Positions 38,701-51,500 of a DNA stretch of 64,000 nt are shown here, piece after piece. Position numbers and translations under genes: made by a program. Position 1 is the stretch's first letter; the number at the start of each line of letters is the position of its first letter. Where the stretch lies: positions 6,694-70,693 of the forward strand of contig NW_018408421.1 in NCBI RefSeq assembly GCF_002113885.1, read 5' to 3'. The notes below the pieces were generated by a model. That model saw nothing but the letters and a program-made list of their open reading frames with translations, did no database searches and had not been told where the DNA came from. This DNA is from Mizuhopecten yessoensis. Lineage: Eukaryota.

Positions 38701-39958
38701 TCCGGGTTATATCCGTCTCTATGTTTACCCACGGATCAATGAGACTGGAGGTTCAGGGCTGTCCGTACTCAGAAATAAGCAGTATGTATTCTGTCATCAG
38801 TGTTGACATAATGCAATTACTAATGTTTAATTATATTATGTTTTGCACTCTTTCAATCGTGTATTTAATTGTATTTATAAAGTCAATAGTTGTTTAATCT
38901 CATGCATAAGCCATATATGTATATTAATTTACGAACTCATTCAAGTTCATTTTATATATTTTCTGCAAAACGTATTCATTCTTAATGATGTTGATCAGTT
39001 TTTGTGATCTGGAAGTTTCTAATGTGCTTGAAATGAACTTACCAAATTAAAATGTTTCTATTTTCCATTTTGACATAATAAATACATATTCCATTAAAAT
39101 AAAGAATTGAGGTAAGCTTCAGGAACGCAGTTAATTAGTAATTAAGTTTACCTCACTATTGTATTTTTTTCACAAATTAAAAAAAAAAGTAAATGTTATT
39201 AATTTTAGTGGAAGCCCTAACTTCAAGCGAAGGTTTTGTCGTAGCGTAGTTAAGTGGGTTAGTAGGTAAGTATGTAATACTGGTGCATACGTTTTGTTTG
39301 CTATTGTTTAAAGTCCTGTGTCTCCTGTGTGTAATGTATGCGTGCTTTGAGGCCGGATATGTTGGTGTATAAGCCTTATTCGAATAGCAGATCTGATGCC
39401 CACTTAGAGTTCTTCCTCTCTGAAATACCATATCAAAGGCAACCAGCACAGTATTCCTCCCGATCACATTAAACTGACAACGGGTAGCCTTGTTGTTGTC
39501 ATTACCCTTAGCGCTGGAAGTTAGTCAGGAAGGGAACTATGAACTACTATTCGTTTTCAATGACCAGTTTAGGCGCCGTTTATTACATGTAGTGGGATGT
39601 AGCAGGATTATTCTAACCCCAAACCTACAGTGGTAGGGTGAAAAAAATTGATGTTATTGTTTTTATGTGTAGAATAATAGAATGCCATGCTTTGTATGAT
39701 GGAACAATATGTATTTAAACAGGTACATGTCATCGCTGGGGAGCCAAACTTGGAATTACTGGTGACGTACTTTCTATTCTCCTAGACACGGACGCATCGA
39801 ACCAAGGACTGTGTGGATTAAAGTGTTACAGACAAAGGGAATGTGACAGTTTCCTATTTGACGTCACTTCCACTCAATGTAGATTACTAAAAGGGACAGT
39901 GAATGGGTCACAAATCACGGTTGATCTGGACGGGATTTGGTATTTTGTGAAAATATGA
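29706..39958 (+). CDS. Copy B: secreted F5/8 type C (discoidin) + PAN/Apple-like protein, 252 aa, 5 exons
   Basis: Exons 29706-29760, 31424-31590, 32301-32447, 38628-38781, 39723-39958; GT-AG, phases 1,0,0,1, open throughout. Signal-like MEAVLQIFVLLSMATLSFA; discoidin motifs ITASS, ARF, SWCP, YLQVEF, AIQTKGR, QWVT, SMDGLTW, VFSGNYDSN, AKYIRV, SMRLEVQGC; PAN-like CGLKC-x5-CDSFLF-x6-CRL. Confidence 0.9.
30440..30835. repeat. 28-bp minisatellite, 14 copies, intron 1 of copy B
   Basis: Unit CATTTGTTGAGTGAACCGATGTGTAATA. Confidence 0.97.
34815..38542 (+). mobile_element. Gypsy/Ty3 LTR retrotransposon (Mag-like) in intron 3 of copy B
   Basis: 5' LTR 34815-35035 (TG...CA, 221 bp); PBS TGGCGACGAGGAT 35038-35050 complementary to tRNA-Ser(GCU) 3' end; last 24 nt of the 3' LTR at 38519-38542 identical to the 5' LTR; TSD AGGAC at 34810-34814 and 38543-38547. 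Confidence 0.95.
35079..38517 (+). CDS. Single-ORF Gag-Pol polyprotein (Gag zinc knuckles, protease, RT, RNase H, integrase), cut by an N at 38518
   Basis: CFRCGRQGH...C / CNKCHKMGH...C, VDSGA, SIFDDIVV, ADAS...TDHKPL, HEGH...CYGC, AVDF / TDNGPQF / NGEIER; no stops or frameshifts. Confidence 0.95.
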
Positions 39959-42875
39959 ATGTCAACACTTCCTATGTGACGTCATATCCGCCTGTACCAC
40001 ATCTCACAATGGGCATGTCTATCTTGTGAATTTCATGGTCTTTCTTTTGTCAGTATGACTGCGGGTTTAAGATGATGTCCAAGTTAACATGGATATTGAT
40101 AATTGTTAACTTTTGAATGTGCGTAATTTATGTCGATTTGTCTATTTCATTTTTATGGAAACCATGCATTCAAGGTATTCGAGTTTGGTCCTTGTATTTG
40201 TATGTGACCTTAGTTTTTGTAACAGTGTTTACCTACGTGAAGAAAACCAATGGTTACTATGCGATAAGTTGTGATATTGACTTTACTTTACCTTACTGTG
40301 ACCAAATTCATGTATCATATTATTATTATTGGGTCATTACTACCTACCGTATGTCACCGAACTTTACTCACATATCTGGTCATGGAAGATAGAATTGCCT
40401 TATAATGGAAAGCCGTGTCAGTAACAAAATATTATGTTGCATGAGCATGACGTCAAAGTGAAAAACATTGAAACGTTGCGGGACGGTTTAAATCTTTATA
40501 ATTGATCGGTTCAATTGCTCATTAATTATAATCTACAGTTATATCCGTATTATGAATAATTATATGTGTTCATACTGGAAGTATGTATTGAACTTTTGTT
40601 TACTTTTTCCAATAGTAAATTCATTTATTATCGGTTAAATATGACAGAAGGCAATATTCTGCCACAATATGGCGTCTAAACACAACTCAATGAAATAAAA
40701 GCTATATATGAGGACAACTCCGTTGTATTCGTTTACGACTAACAGGTGTTTCCTCCATTTTGTGATGGTTGGAAAATATGACCTTTCTTTAACAACCTTA
40801 GGAAAGACGGCTCACACGCGCTATTGTTCTGACGTCACAAACACGTCATTCTTTATGATGTGTTGTCGGGTATAGTTATTTAAAATCACTGATGAAATGT
40901 ATGCTTATGTTTGCTTTTTAAATAAACGTAGTAGAACATGAGATATAATATTCGTTTTTTCATCCTGAATTTCGTGTGAAAACAAGATGTTTCTACAATA
41001 TCTTATTCATGGGTTTGTACCTTCAACTTTACAACAAGAGAAAAACAGTGTACTCGATTTCATCAAAAGCAAGAAGGAAAATAAGAGAGCTAGCTTAGAG
41101 AAAGAAAAAATATATAAGCAATTATATTACCAACCTCCGTCGATGCGAGAAGATAATGATATTCCCACTCAGCTCCTCGAACACGATACAACACTCTAGA
41201 AAAGTAATTTGAGCAAAGTAATAGCATTGTAAATAGTGAGGATATTAAAACTTTAGAATTGAATGCGATATTTAAGGATTACAATACAAAGCATTCTTGG
41301 ATTTCGTGATATTATTAATTTATCTGGATTTGAGACTACAATAAAACATCAATTTATATACAAAATAGGTAAAATTCGGTGAATTCTATAGAACACTCTT
41401 TACTTGTTTGTATCTGTGACGATATATTTATTTCCTGTTAACATACTTCACTCATTTGACAACCTCAAAAAACAACGAAGAGATGGCGGTATACACAAGA
41501 ACGAATATGTTAAAAAAGAGCTTTGGAAGTTAATGTTTCCACCAAAGAAAGTCTTGTCAGACGTTAAAGGGAGACTGGGAGCGTTACCGACCGACCGCCA
41601 TTGGTACATCCACGCATGACGTCTCGACGCTAAGGTAGGACCATTGTCTCGCTCGTTAGCGACGCAAGTGTTAGCGAGAGGGCTGGGTATTGGGCGTGAA
41701 TCAGTTATGGTTTACGGAGTTTTGATTGTATTGCAGGGCAACCGATTTCACTTACCTGGTGCTGATGTGTCAGTAGATTATTCTTTTTTAAATTGGAGGT
41801 ACCTTTCTAGGAACTGCAATATCTAAACAAGTTTGGTTCAATAAGTTATGATTTTTGTAATTTGTTAATCAACGATGATAATTTACAGCAGTATAAAATA
41901 TTAAACACAATACCTTATACCATTCTGCAAATTATAACAAACATTTACCCCACGTTTCGTTTTCCCTTCAGCATAAATTTGTTTTGTCCAAACTGAATAA
42001 AATTAATAACAGCTATTTTTGCATGTTAAGTATTTGTTTGCGTTTCAATTGTCTTAATCAAAATTACAAGGACAGTAAAGATTTGGTTCCTGTTATAACG
42101 CATGCGTGCATTTGTTTTGCCGTAAACACATTGGACAATGTCAATACTAAAAGCATTGGTCTTCAAACAGTCAAAAAAAGTATGAAAGTCTTCACCTAAC
42201 ATGATTCGACTCATGGACAATTTTACTTGTGTTAAAATATGTTTATTGATTAAAACGGGAAAAGATTTTTAATCTCTAGCAGTTCACTGCTGTTATTTTC
42301 AAAGCAACAAAACTATGTATTTTGTTTTTGGAAAAGCAACCATAATTGTTCATCTTATTTCATAAGATAAATAACTTGTTGTATCTAGGACAATTTTGTT
42401 GTTTGTTGACACAAAGAACGAATTTGTAAGCTTTTATTTTTTGTATATATTTTTGTAGTATTCACGTCCCCAGTAACCCATGCAGATTTTTTCTTAATTG
42501 TGTATGAAGAATCCCGGTACTATGGCCAAGAATTTCAATTATGCATTTAATTGTTCTAAGGCATAAATCTACTTTTGATAAAAAAAGATCTGAAAAGAAA
42601 CATTTACCCTGTGGAATTTCTCCTAATGAGATAAATAACAAACAACAATGTTTGACGTCATATTACTGTGGAGAACAATTGTAACGTAGTCAAGATTTGA
42701 CCCCTAACGGTAAATCTTACCAAGTGAGCTTCCTTGATCACTGGTATTTCAGGTGAAAGCCCACAACAGTTATATTCAAAACGGTACTAGAACAATGACA
42801 GGTCAGCAAGCGCCCGCCAGGTGATTGACCGTACATATCGCCCATGTTCGCTGAGCAGAACTTTAGCAGTCATTT

Positions 42876-43784
42876 TATTAGCTCACCTGGCCCGAAGAGC
42901 CAAGTGAGCTTATGCCGTGGTGCGGCTTCCGTCGTTCGTCGTCCGTCCGTCGTTCGGCGTCAATATTTGGTCAAGGTAATTCATTTGAACAAACTTATTA
43001 GCCCTTTATCCTAGCATGCTAAAGGCCCAATATCAGTAACCTGGGACTTTTGGGTATTGAGAAGAAGTCGTTTGAAGATTTTAACACATTTTACCCCTGT
43101 GACCTTGAAAGCATGTCAAGGTCATTCATTTGAACAAACTTTGCAGCCTTTCATCCCAGCATGCTACAGGCCCAAATATCAGTACCCTGGGCCTTTTGGT
43201 TATTGAGAAGAAGTCGTTTGAAGATTTTTACGACATGTGACCCCAGTGACCTTGAAAGTGGGTCAAGGTCATTCATTTCAACAAACTTGGTAGTGCTTCA
43301 TCCCAGCATGCTACAGGCCCAATATCATTACCCTGGGCCTTTCGGTTATTGAGAAGAAGTTTGTCACAGGGGTCAAATATGTAATAAACCTTTAAACGAC
43401 TTCTTAATAAGCAAAAGGTCAAGGGTGATGATATTTGGCCATTAACATGCTGGGATGAAGGATTACCAAGTGAATGACCTTCGTCCATATTCAAGGTCAC
43501 AGTGGTCAATAAATGTTTAAATCTTTAAATGATTTGTTCTGTAACCAAAAGGTCCTGGGTAATGATATTTTGCCAGAAGCAATGTTGGGTTGAAAGACTA
43601 TAAACTCTGTTCAACCTAATGTCCTTGTTCGATATTCAAGGTCACAGGCGTGTTTAAATCTTTCAATAGGTTCTTATGAATAAAACACTGGTATTCTGCC
43701 TGTAGCTGTATTTTAGTCCACTTTTAAGAGTACAAGCGTGAAATTAGTACCAGGTGAGCGATGCAGGCCCATTGGGCCTCTTGT
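42876..43784 (+). mobile_element. HINE-type Helitron of the 19379 family with internally inverted core repeats
   Basis: TTAGCTCACCTGGCCCGAAG...GTGAGC, CGTC-type tract, CAGGTGAGCG..CAGGCCCATTGGGCCTCTTGT end; cores at 42969-43361 are reverse-complemented. Confidence 0.88.
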
Positions 43785-44496
43785 ATTGTGAAGTATAGGT
43801 AATGAAAGCGCTATGCTTAATGTGACAACCGAGGGTTGAGATTCCCTTATCGCACCCTCAAGGGGATGAGTGATTATTTTTCTCTTACCATGTTCTCCCA
43901 TTGTGTATCATATACACAGTGGGATGATAACGTTACATGCTAAATTCATGGCTGACGTGACGTTGATGGATTGTTGACGTGACGTCATTGTATTGTTGAA
44001 GTGACGCCATTCCAAAGAAAGATTCTTAAGTGTCCAGACATTCTATTAATCTCACACAGGTAAAAGAGCGGATACACCTTTCCAGGGTAAGAGAATGCAC
44101 TATGTTCACTCTCTACTAAGGAACAATTTGTAACTTATTCAGAACAAAATCATATGAATAAACAATAGTAAAAGCCATATATGTATATTTACATTCTGTG
44201 TTGCATTTGCCTGTATGTCGTTAGTAAACCAAATTGCAGTATATGAGACTGTATACTACAATTTACAGTTATACGGCCAGTGTAGGAATACAGCTGGTAC
44301 AAGGTAAACAAACATGGCCGCCAGTCACATCCGATATCAATAGGTTCGTTAACATTTAGCAATGTAGGTCATCGCAAAAACTAAAGCAACTTGACAAATT
44401 ATAACAATATAAATTTATTATGAAATGTGTAGGTACCACAAACCTATTGTAAGCGCCATTCTAAATACGATATTACCAAGTGTGTCAACGTCATCA

Positions 44497-44695
44497 CACA
44501 GGGGCTCGTTTTCGAGATTTTGAGTTATGCATAACAGCAGTGAATAACCACAACACTAAAATTCAGCATTTATAAAACCTTGTGAAAGTCGAGGGTATCG
44601 ACAAGGTTTTAGAATGTGTATAAATACCTATTTAAGTGTTGTGGTTTTTCAGTGATGTCATCCATTACTCAAAATCACGAAACCGAGCTCCTGTG
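44497..44695. mobile_element. ~200-bp MITE
   Basis: CACAGGGGCTCGTTTTCGAGATTTTGAGTTATG ... CATTACTCAAAATCACGAAACCGAGCTCCTGTG; AACGTC occurs in both flanks. Confidence 0.7.
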
Positions 44696-47600
44696 AACGT
44701 CGTCTGCAAGCGATACTAATCTGAACGATTAGACATCGAATCTGTTTCAAACGAAATGTCCTTGGAATCGTTATCACCTACTGAAAGGACCACTAAAGTT
44801 AAAAAATTCCGAGTATGTATGCTTCTGAAAATGACGTAATATTCTAGTCGATGGAAACATAAGCGTTTCCGAGGAAACAATCAAGTCCGTTCAGCACCGC
44901 ATCACTTCAAAATGCATGTAATCTATCAATGCGCGAAAAACAGCTTTAAAATTAAACAAGCAGAAGTTATGCAATTATTAACAATTTTTTTTAACATATA
45001 CACTGATATGAAATAAATAATAAATTTAAGTTTGTATTCAAACCATTTTATGTGCGTGTGGTTTTTCAATGACACGAGGGACTATATTATTTCTTCTGGA
45101 AATTTCGGCTGTTCTGGGTTTGAACTTACTGACGTCACTGATATGATAAGCGGGAAATTCAAACGTATTTTTGCTTCAGTTACTATACAAGACAAACTAT
45201 ATACAAACGGGCGACATTCTATTTATCTGTCATCCAAATTGCATTCATATCGACTGTATACTGCATCTGGTAACAGTTCAATGCCTAAGTCAACCAATTA
45301 AGAGCCACATATCAGGTGTCACCTTCAACTTGAGGGTCTAGGAAATGTGGTGATGGTGACTAGTAAGCGCATCTTTGGTGACTTGTTGCAACTAAACGGG
45401 GACTAGTTGTCGATCGATTACCGATGAAAACATAATGCATACAACAAATGGTGATTTTCTGAATCAAATCATAAGTCTGATCAAAATCCATAGATTCTGT
45501 AGAAAGATGTTGCATAGAAAGCAAAATACAAAAAAGAATGCATCTAGAACCCTCATTTAATATGTGTAAGGAATTTGCCAAACATTGAATCTGGGCCAAA
45601 AGTATACCCGGCAAGTTTTATCAATATCCAATCATTCACTTATAAGACACTGAACAGAAAGTAATCAACAAGCAGGATGAAGCATTTTATTACAAACTTG
45701 TGCAATTACACGGAATATTTTAAAAGTAGAACACCAACAAATATTGATAACAATTTAAACCATTGTTAACAAAAGATATTTAAATATGCAAGGTATGCGC
45801 CAAAATTAAATTCCAAGAGAGAAAATTGAGTAAGTGGAATACCAGGCAAGTTTAATCGAAATCCAAACATTCTGTCATAAACGAATGGGCAGAAAGTAAA
45901 CAACCAATGAGAATGCAGAAGTATCATAAAATATGTGCGGAAGATGTCGAACAACAAACCCCAGTAAGAATATTAGAACACTATAGTATATCTTGCAAGT
46001 TTAAAACAAAATCCGACCATTCTGTCATAAGTATTGTATGTAAAGTAATTACTAACCAGAATTAAATATTTCTGGAATGTCTTAAACCCCAGTGAAAATT
46101 TCGAATTATAGTATACCAAGCACGTTGTATCAAAATAGATGATTCTTTCTAAAGACATCATGTTTTAGCAATACTAATTCAGCAGCTTTAGCAATCAGCA
46201 AATCAGAAGTCAGCTGCCTCATTAATTATGTGTAGAAATTGCCGGTCATCAAACCTGAGAGAGGAACTTGGGTAAGCAGTTCATCAGCCGGGTTTAATAA
46301 AATCCGACATTTCCTTCATATGATATGTCGGAGGTAACAAGGGAAAGACGGACGGATCGTCCCTAAGACGCTTATTGAGGAGAGATCAGTCAATGTAAAA
46401 AACCCAAAAAACAAACGGATTTCTGTAGCGTTTTGCCTGCAATGGGAAAGACATCCCGTAGTAGGTGATAACGAAACAACAGAATCACAAGAATCTAAAT
46501 CGGACCAACATTAGACGTATCATACGCTCATGTAAAGCAGTGCATCTGTTGCGTTGTACTGATCATTTATGGAATACCTCATGACAGTTTATAAATAGAT
46601 AGGAAACCATTATCTCAATGTATACATAGAGATGAAATCCTACCCTTTGTGTTAAAACAGAGGCCGGAATAACGATTTTATAGAACAGAATATACATACA
46701 TACTCAGTAAAAAGATTCATTGATATGACCTCATGTAGAAACAAAACCATCACAAATAGCAAGATGACCTTGGTGAATTAAAAAGTCATGTTGCGCAATG
46801 TATCAAGTGCTCTGTGATGACGACCCATCCGTTTTGACGCACTGGGTCGACAACTGACAATCCCAGGTGTGTCAGACCACATCTCAATACCTCTAAAGAG
46901 GACTGTCATATGCGGCTACGCTGTCGATGAAACAGGCTTTTATTAGCCATGATCATTAAAAGATTGTTCAACTAGTCGCCTGTAAGTGGCTAAACCATAT
47001 ACAGTCACGCATAAAACATATAAAAGCAAATCATTTGCACAAAACGCTGTGCCGAAATTGTTTATTTCATATAGATATTGATATATTGATGGGCGAAACG
47101 CCTCGGGTCGAGTGACATAAACTATACAATTCCATCACCATTGAACAGGTACACAGTACAAATCGCTCACTCAGTCATAGCTTAACAAAGCGACCAGTTG
47201 GTCTTGAAACGTTGCAACACGTTTGATACGTACACTGTTTGTGTATAAAACAAACCATTGATATAACAGGTAACGTTTCTTTTTTTCTTGTGGAGTAGAT
47301 AATGAAATGCAACATTGAACTTCAAGACTTAATTGGTAAGACTCTTTTTTCATAGGCGAACGTACAAACTTAAGGCGAAAACCTGCATGAAAGAATGTCA
47401 ATTAATAGTAATATCAATGTGTAGTGTCAGTATATGATATTACGTTGTTCAATAAAGGAGAAAACCCCGTAGTGCTTCACAATATATAATACTACAATGA
47501 CGTGTAATTGGTAAAACAGGTGAGTCAATAACCGACTCTAAATGATTTATATGGCGGTTGTGGTTGATCTAGAAGTCATTTTTTTGAAATTTTCCTGGGC

Positions 47601-47734
47601 GTAGGAAATTTGTAAAAGTACTTGAGACCGCTTGTGAACTTATTAGTCAAAATATTACGTTGTTCAAACAAAGGAGACAATCCCGTAGTGCTTCACAATT
47701 AAAGCAATATATAATACTACAATGACGTTTAATT

Positions 47735-47937
47735 GGTGAAAACAATAGCCGTACAACTGTATGGTACAGGTGAGTGTCTCGTAAAAGATTAACCATACAA
47801 GTGCATGTTACAGTTGAGTGTCTAGAAAAACAATGGCCATTAAACTGTGTGGTAAAGGCGGGTGTCTTGTGAAATTAATAGGCGTACAAATGTATGGTAC
47901 AGGTGGGTGTCTAGTAAAACAACAACTTACAACTGTC
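47735..47937. repeat. Degenerate 44-bp tandem repeat, ~4-5 copies, intron-1 remnant of copy C
   Basis: GTGTCT anchors at about 47774, 47818, 47862, 47906. Confidence 0.7.
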
Positions 47938-48112
47938 CGATAACATATGTCAAGTGGGTCAGTTGTCGTATATATGTATAGAAATTTGTCTAGTTGCCTT
48001 GTAAAGAAGTTCAACACAACGCATGGGTGGTCTTAGTCACAGTTTTGGCAGTAGTACGGACCACGACCACACCGAATCTTAGTTACCCATCAAAGAAATG
48101 AAAACCTTTCAG

Positions 48113-48269
48113 CAGGATGTGGTCCTTGTGAAAACGATCTGGTCACGGTATGTCCGACGATGTTTTCTCAGCGTCAATTACTCACAGCCATTGTCCTATA
48201 GACAGAGCCAGATTCAGCAGTTCCAGTCACTGGTATCTCCTTCACTCTGGAGTCGGAGACGTTTTACAG
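48113..48269 (+). pseudogene. Copy C: orphan exon 2 of the discoidin-PAN family with a 10-nt frameshifting deletion
   Basis: 157 nt versus 167 nt; GCGPCENDLV then loss of the TGPY codons; SWC changed to HWY; flanked by intron 1 and intron 2 remnants, no exon 1 upstream. Confidence 0.85.
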
Positions 48270-48510
48270 GTAATGCTGGCATTATTTACAGGTAATGCTG
48301 GATGTTATTTAAGTGATGATGAAATACTATTTACAGGTAAAGCTGGACATTATTCAAGCTATAATGAAACACTATTTATAGATTATATCAGACCTTATTG
48401 ACATTAAACTCCCCTTTTTGGTTCAATATGTCCTGTAGTAAAAATAAACCCAAAGTTTTAAAACATACGGAGCGATATATATAGTTATATTTTATGTATT
48501 TAAAACTATT

Positions 48511-51500
48511 TCCCGATTGTATAATTACGTGTAACCTCTCTTTGGGTTTCACTATACTAAAAGACTGAGTGATATATAATATTTATATTACTGAGTTATT
48601 CCAGAATAGTTTTTGCTAAGTGGCCATTGATTTACAAAAAAGAACAAATTGAACCACGACAACCGATACTAATATACGGACGCAGTATGAATAAAACGTT
48701 TTCGTTAAACCGCAAAGTCGATTTAAAAGGCCATTTCATGTAAATATTTACATATATATGGCAATTTGTCGTCGACTTAGATCTAATGAAATTCATGTCC
48801 AATGTGCTCTGAAATATATTTAGAAAAACAGATACAGGGAAAGTGTCTATAAATCCCCGTTTACCATAACAAATAAGCAAAGTATGTATGATTACACCAT
48901 ATACTATATCTATAAACTATTATGAAATGGGAACCACGGCAACGAAAATGTCCAGGTACACAGTAATAATTGCTATTTTAGAACACGGTTGTTTACAGAA
49001 TATTAATTTCTGCGTATGAATTTTATCACTCCCTTAAAATTAAAGGAAAGGGGAGGGAATCCCAGGTAAATAAACAACTTCCATTGTTAAACAAATGCCA
49101 TTAGGAAGATGATACCGCAGCCCATTAAGCTTACCAGTTGGATGAACATTGCCATTATAATGCGGTTTTTTATTGTTGACACAGACTCGGAAATGACGTC
49201 ACAAAATCATTTTCTCCATAACTGTCTGCATAACCGACTGCTAAATCGAACTCTACAAGACATTGGCCTAGGATCCATACGACGGAGAGCATGCTACAAA
49301 TTGTTATTCTCCTATCCATGGTGATTTGGTCCTTTGGTAAGTTGTTTATATACATTCTTTAATTTGATGTTTTAGCAATTGTTTCATTAATTTCGTACAT
49401 TGGTAACCTCTGTAGAATATATTTACCATTTTAATCTCGTTGACCACTCTCTTCATGGTATTCATCTGTAACGGCTCAATAACCGACTCATAATGTTTTA
49501 TATGGCGGTTGTGGTTGACCTAGAAGTCAAAATAAAAAATAAAATCCTGAGGCGTAGGAAATTTGTAAAAATACTTGAGACAGCTTGTGAACTTATTAGT
49601 GAAAATATCAAGTAAACCTAACACGCAAACGATATACAATGTAGGTACTACTCCTGGTAGGATAGTTTTGTTTTTAGATATTTGGAGCGGATCTCCATCG
49701 ACAGATACTGGTATTTCTAATTCCTGCATTCATTTTATTAATATGTATCTTATAATTGAATTATCTTATTATTTATGTATATATGTCACATTGGTAAAAT
49801 AATAGCTGTCTCCTGCCGACTGGGCTATAGCGAAAAAAAGGTCCGGCGCATTCGGTAGAGCGTCAGGCTATTAAACCAGATATATCAGATTCGATTCCTA
49901 GTGGAGGCATTGAACACATATAGTGTCCTCAATTGCATAAACATACATATATTTAAATTCCTACTCAAGTTGGAATCATTGCAACTACCAAATGTAACCT
50001 GTTCATTTGCCGATGATTTTGACCGGGTTAACATTGCCTGTGTGTTGGATTTTGCGAAGGGAGATAACTAAGTTGACATGTTTAAACAAAGAAGATACAA
50101 CTTGATGAGATTTTACATTTTAATTGAAGCTACACAAGAAATTGATCAAACAACCAAAAACGATCAACCAGCAAAATATTATCAGCTTACGATTGCTAGC
50201 GGTAGTGACAAGTCATCTACTACCCTAGAAATACTCTCTCCAGCTACCCATTATGCCTTTTGTGTCGGTATCAACCCCCGGTACAAATATAAAACAACGT
50301 AAATCCATTTCCCGGTTGTATAATGACGTGTAACCTCTCTTTGGATTTCACTGTATTAAAAGACTGAGTGATATATAATATTTATATTACTGAGTTATTC
50401 CAGAATAGTTTTAAACTTTTGCTAAGTGGCCATTATTTTACAAAAAAAGAAAAAGAACAAATTGAACCACTACAACCAATACTAATATACGGACGCAGTA
50501 TGCATAAAACGTTTTCAATAAACCACAGAGTCGATTTAAAAGGCCATTTCATGTAAATATTGACATATATATGGCTTTTTGTCGTCGACTTAGATCTAAT
50601 GAAATTCATGTCCAATGTGCTCTGAAATATGTTTAGAAAAACAGATAAAGGGAAAGTGACTATAAATCCCCGTTTACCATAACAAATAAGCAAAGTATGA
50701 TTACACCATATACTATATCTATAAACTATTATGAAATGGGAACCGCGGCAACGAAAATGTCCAGGTACACAGTAATAATTGCAACATATATAAATCTGTT
50801 CCCCCAAAACAATTCTTACAATTTATTTGATAATAAAATTTTAATAAGTAGTGATAAATATTATGTTCGGGTCATAAAACTAACATTCTCTCTTTTTTAC
50901 AAGAGGCTTTATCTAAAGTGTGATTAAGACAAACGTGACACGTAAAGGAAATATTGACAGACAGTATCGATACATCCTAGCTGTGGCGTTCATTTATTCA
51001 TGTCAGGCGACGACCTCAAGATTGGACAAGAAGATTTTACAACACGGTTGTTTACAGAATATTGATTTCTGCGTATGAATTTTATCTATAGTTATCAATC
51101 ACTCCCTGAGAATTAAAGGAAAGGGAAGGGAAACACAGGTAAATAAACAACTTCCATTGTTAAACAAATGCCATTAGGAAGATGATACAGCTGCCCATAA
51201 GCTTACAAGTTAGATAAACATTGCCATTATCATGCGTTTTTCATTGTTATTATCGCTTCGCTACTAAAGCCAAACACTCCTAATTGGCACCGACTCGGAA
51301 ATGACGTCACAAAATCATTTTCTCCATAACTGTTCTGCACAACCGACTGCTAAATCGAACTCTACAGGACATTGGCCTAGGATCCATACGACGGAGAGCA
51401 TGCTACACATTGTTATTCTCCTATCAATGGTGATTTTGTCCTTTGGTAAGTTGTTTATATACATTCTTGAATTTTATGTTTTAGCAATTGTTTTATCAAT

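Noticed and set aside
50078-50302. Duplicated ORFs MFKQRRYNLMRF (also 52133)
   Set aside because: Similarity is explained by the recent tandem duplication; no recognisable domain or splice context.
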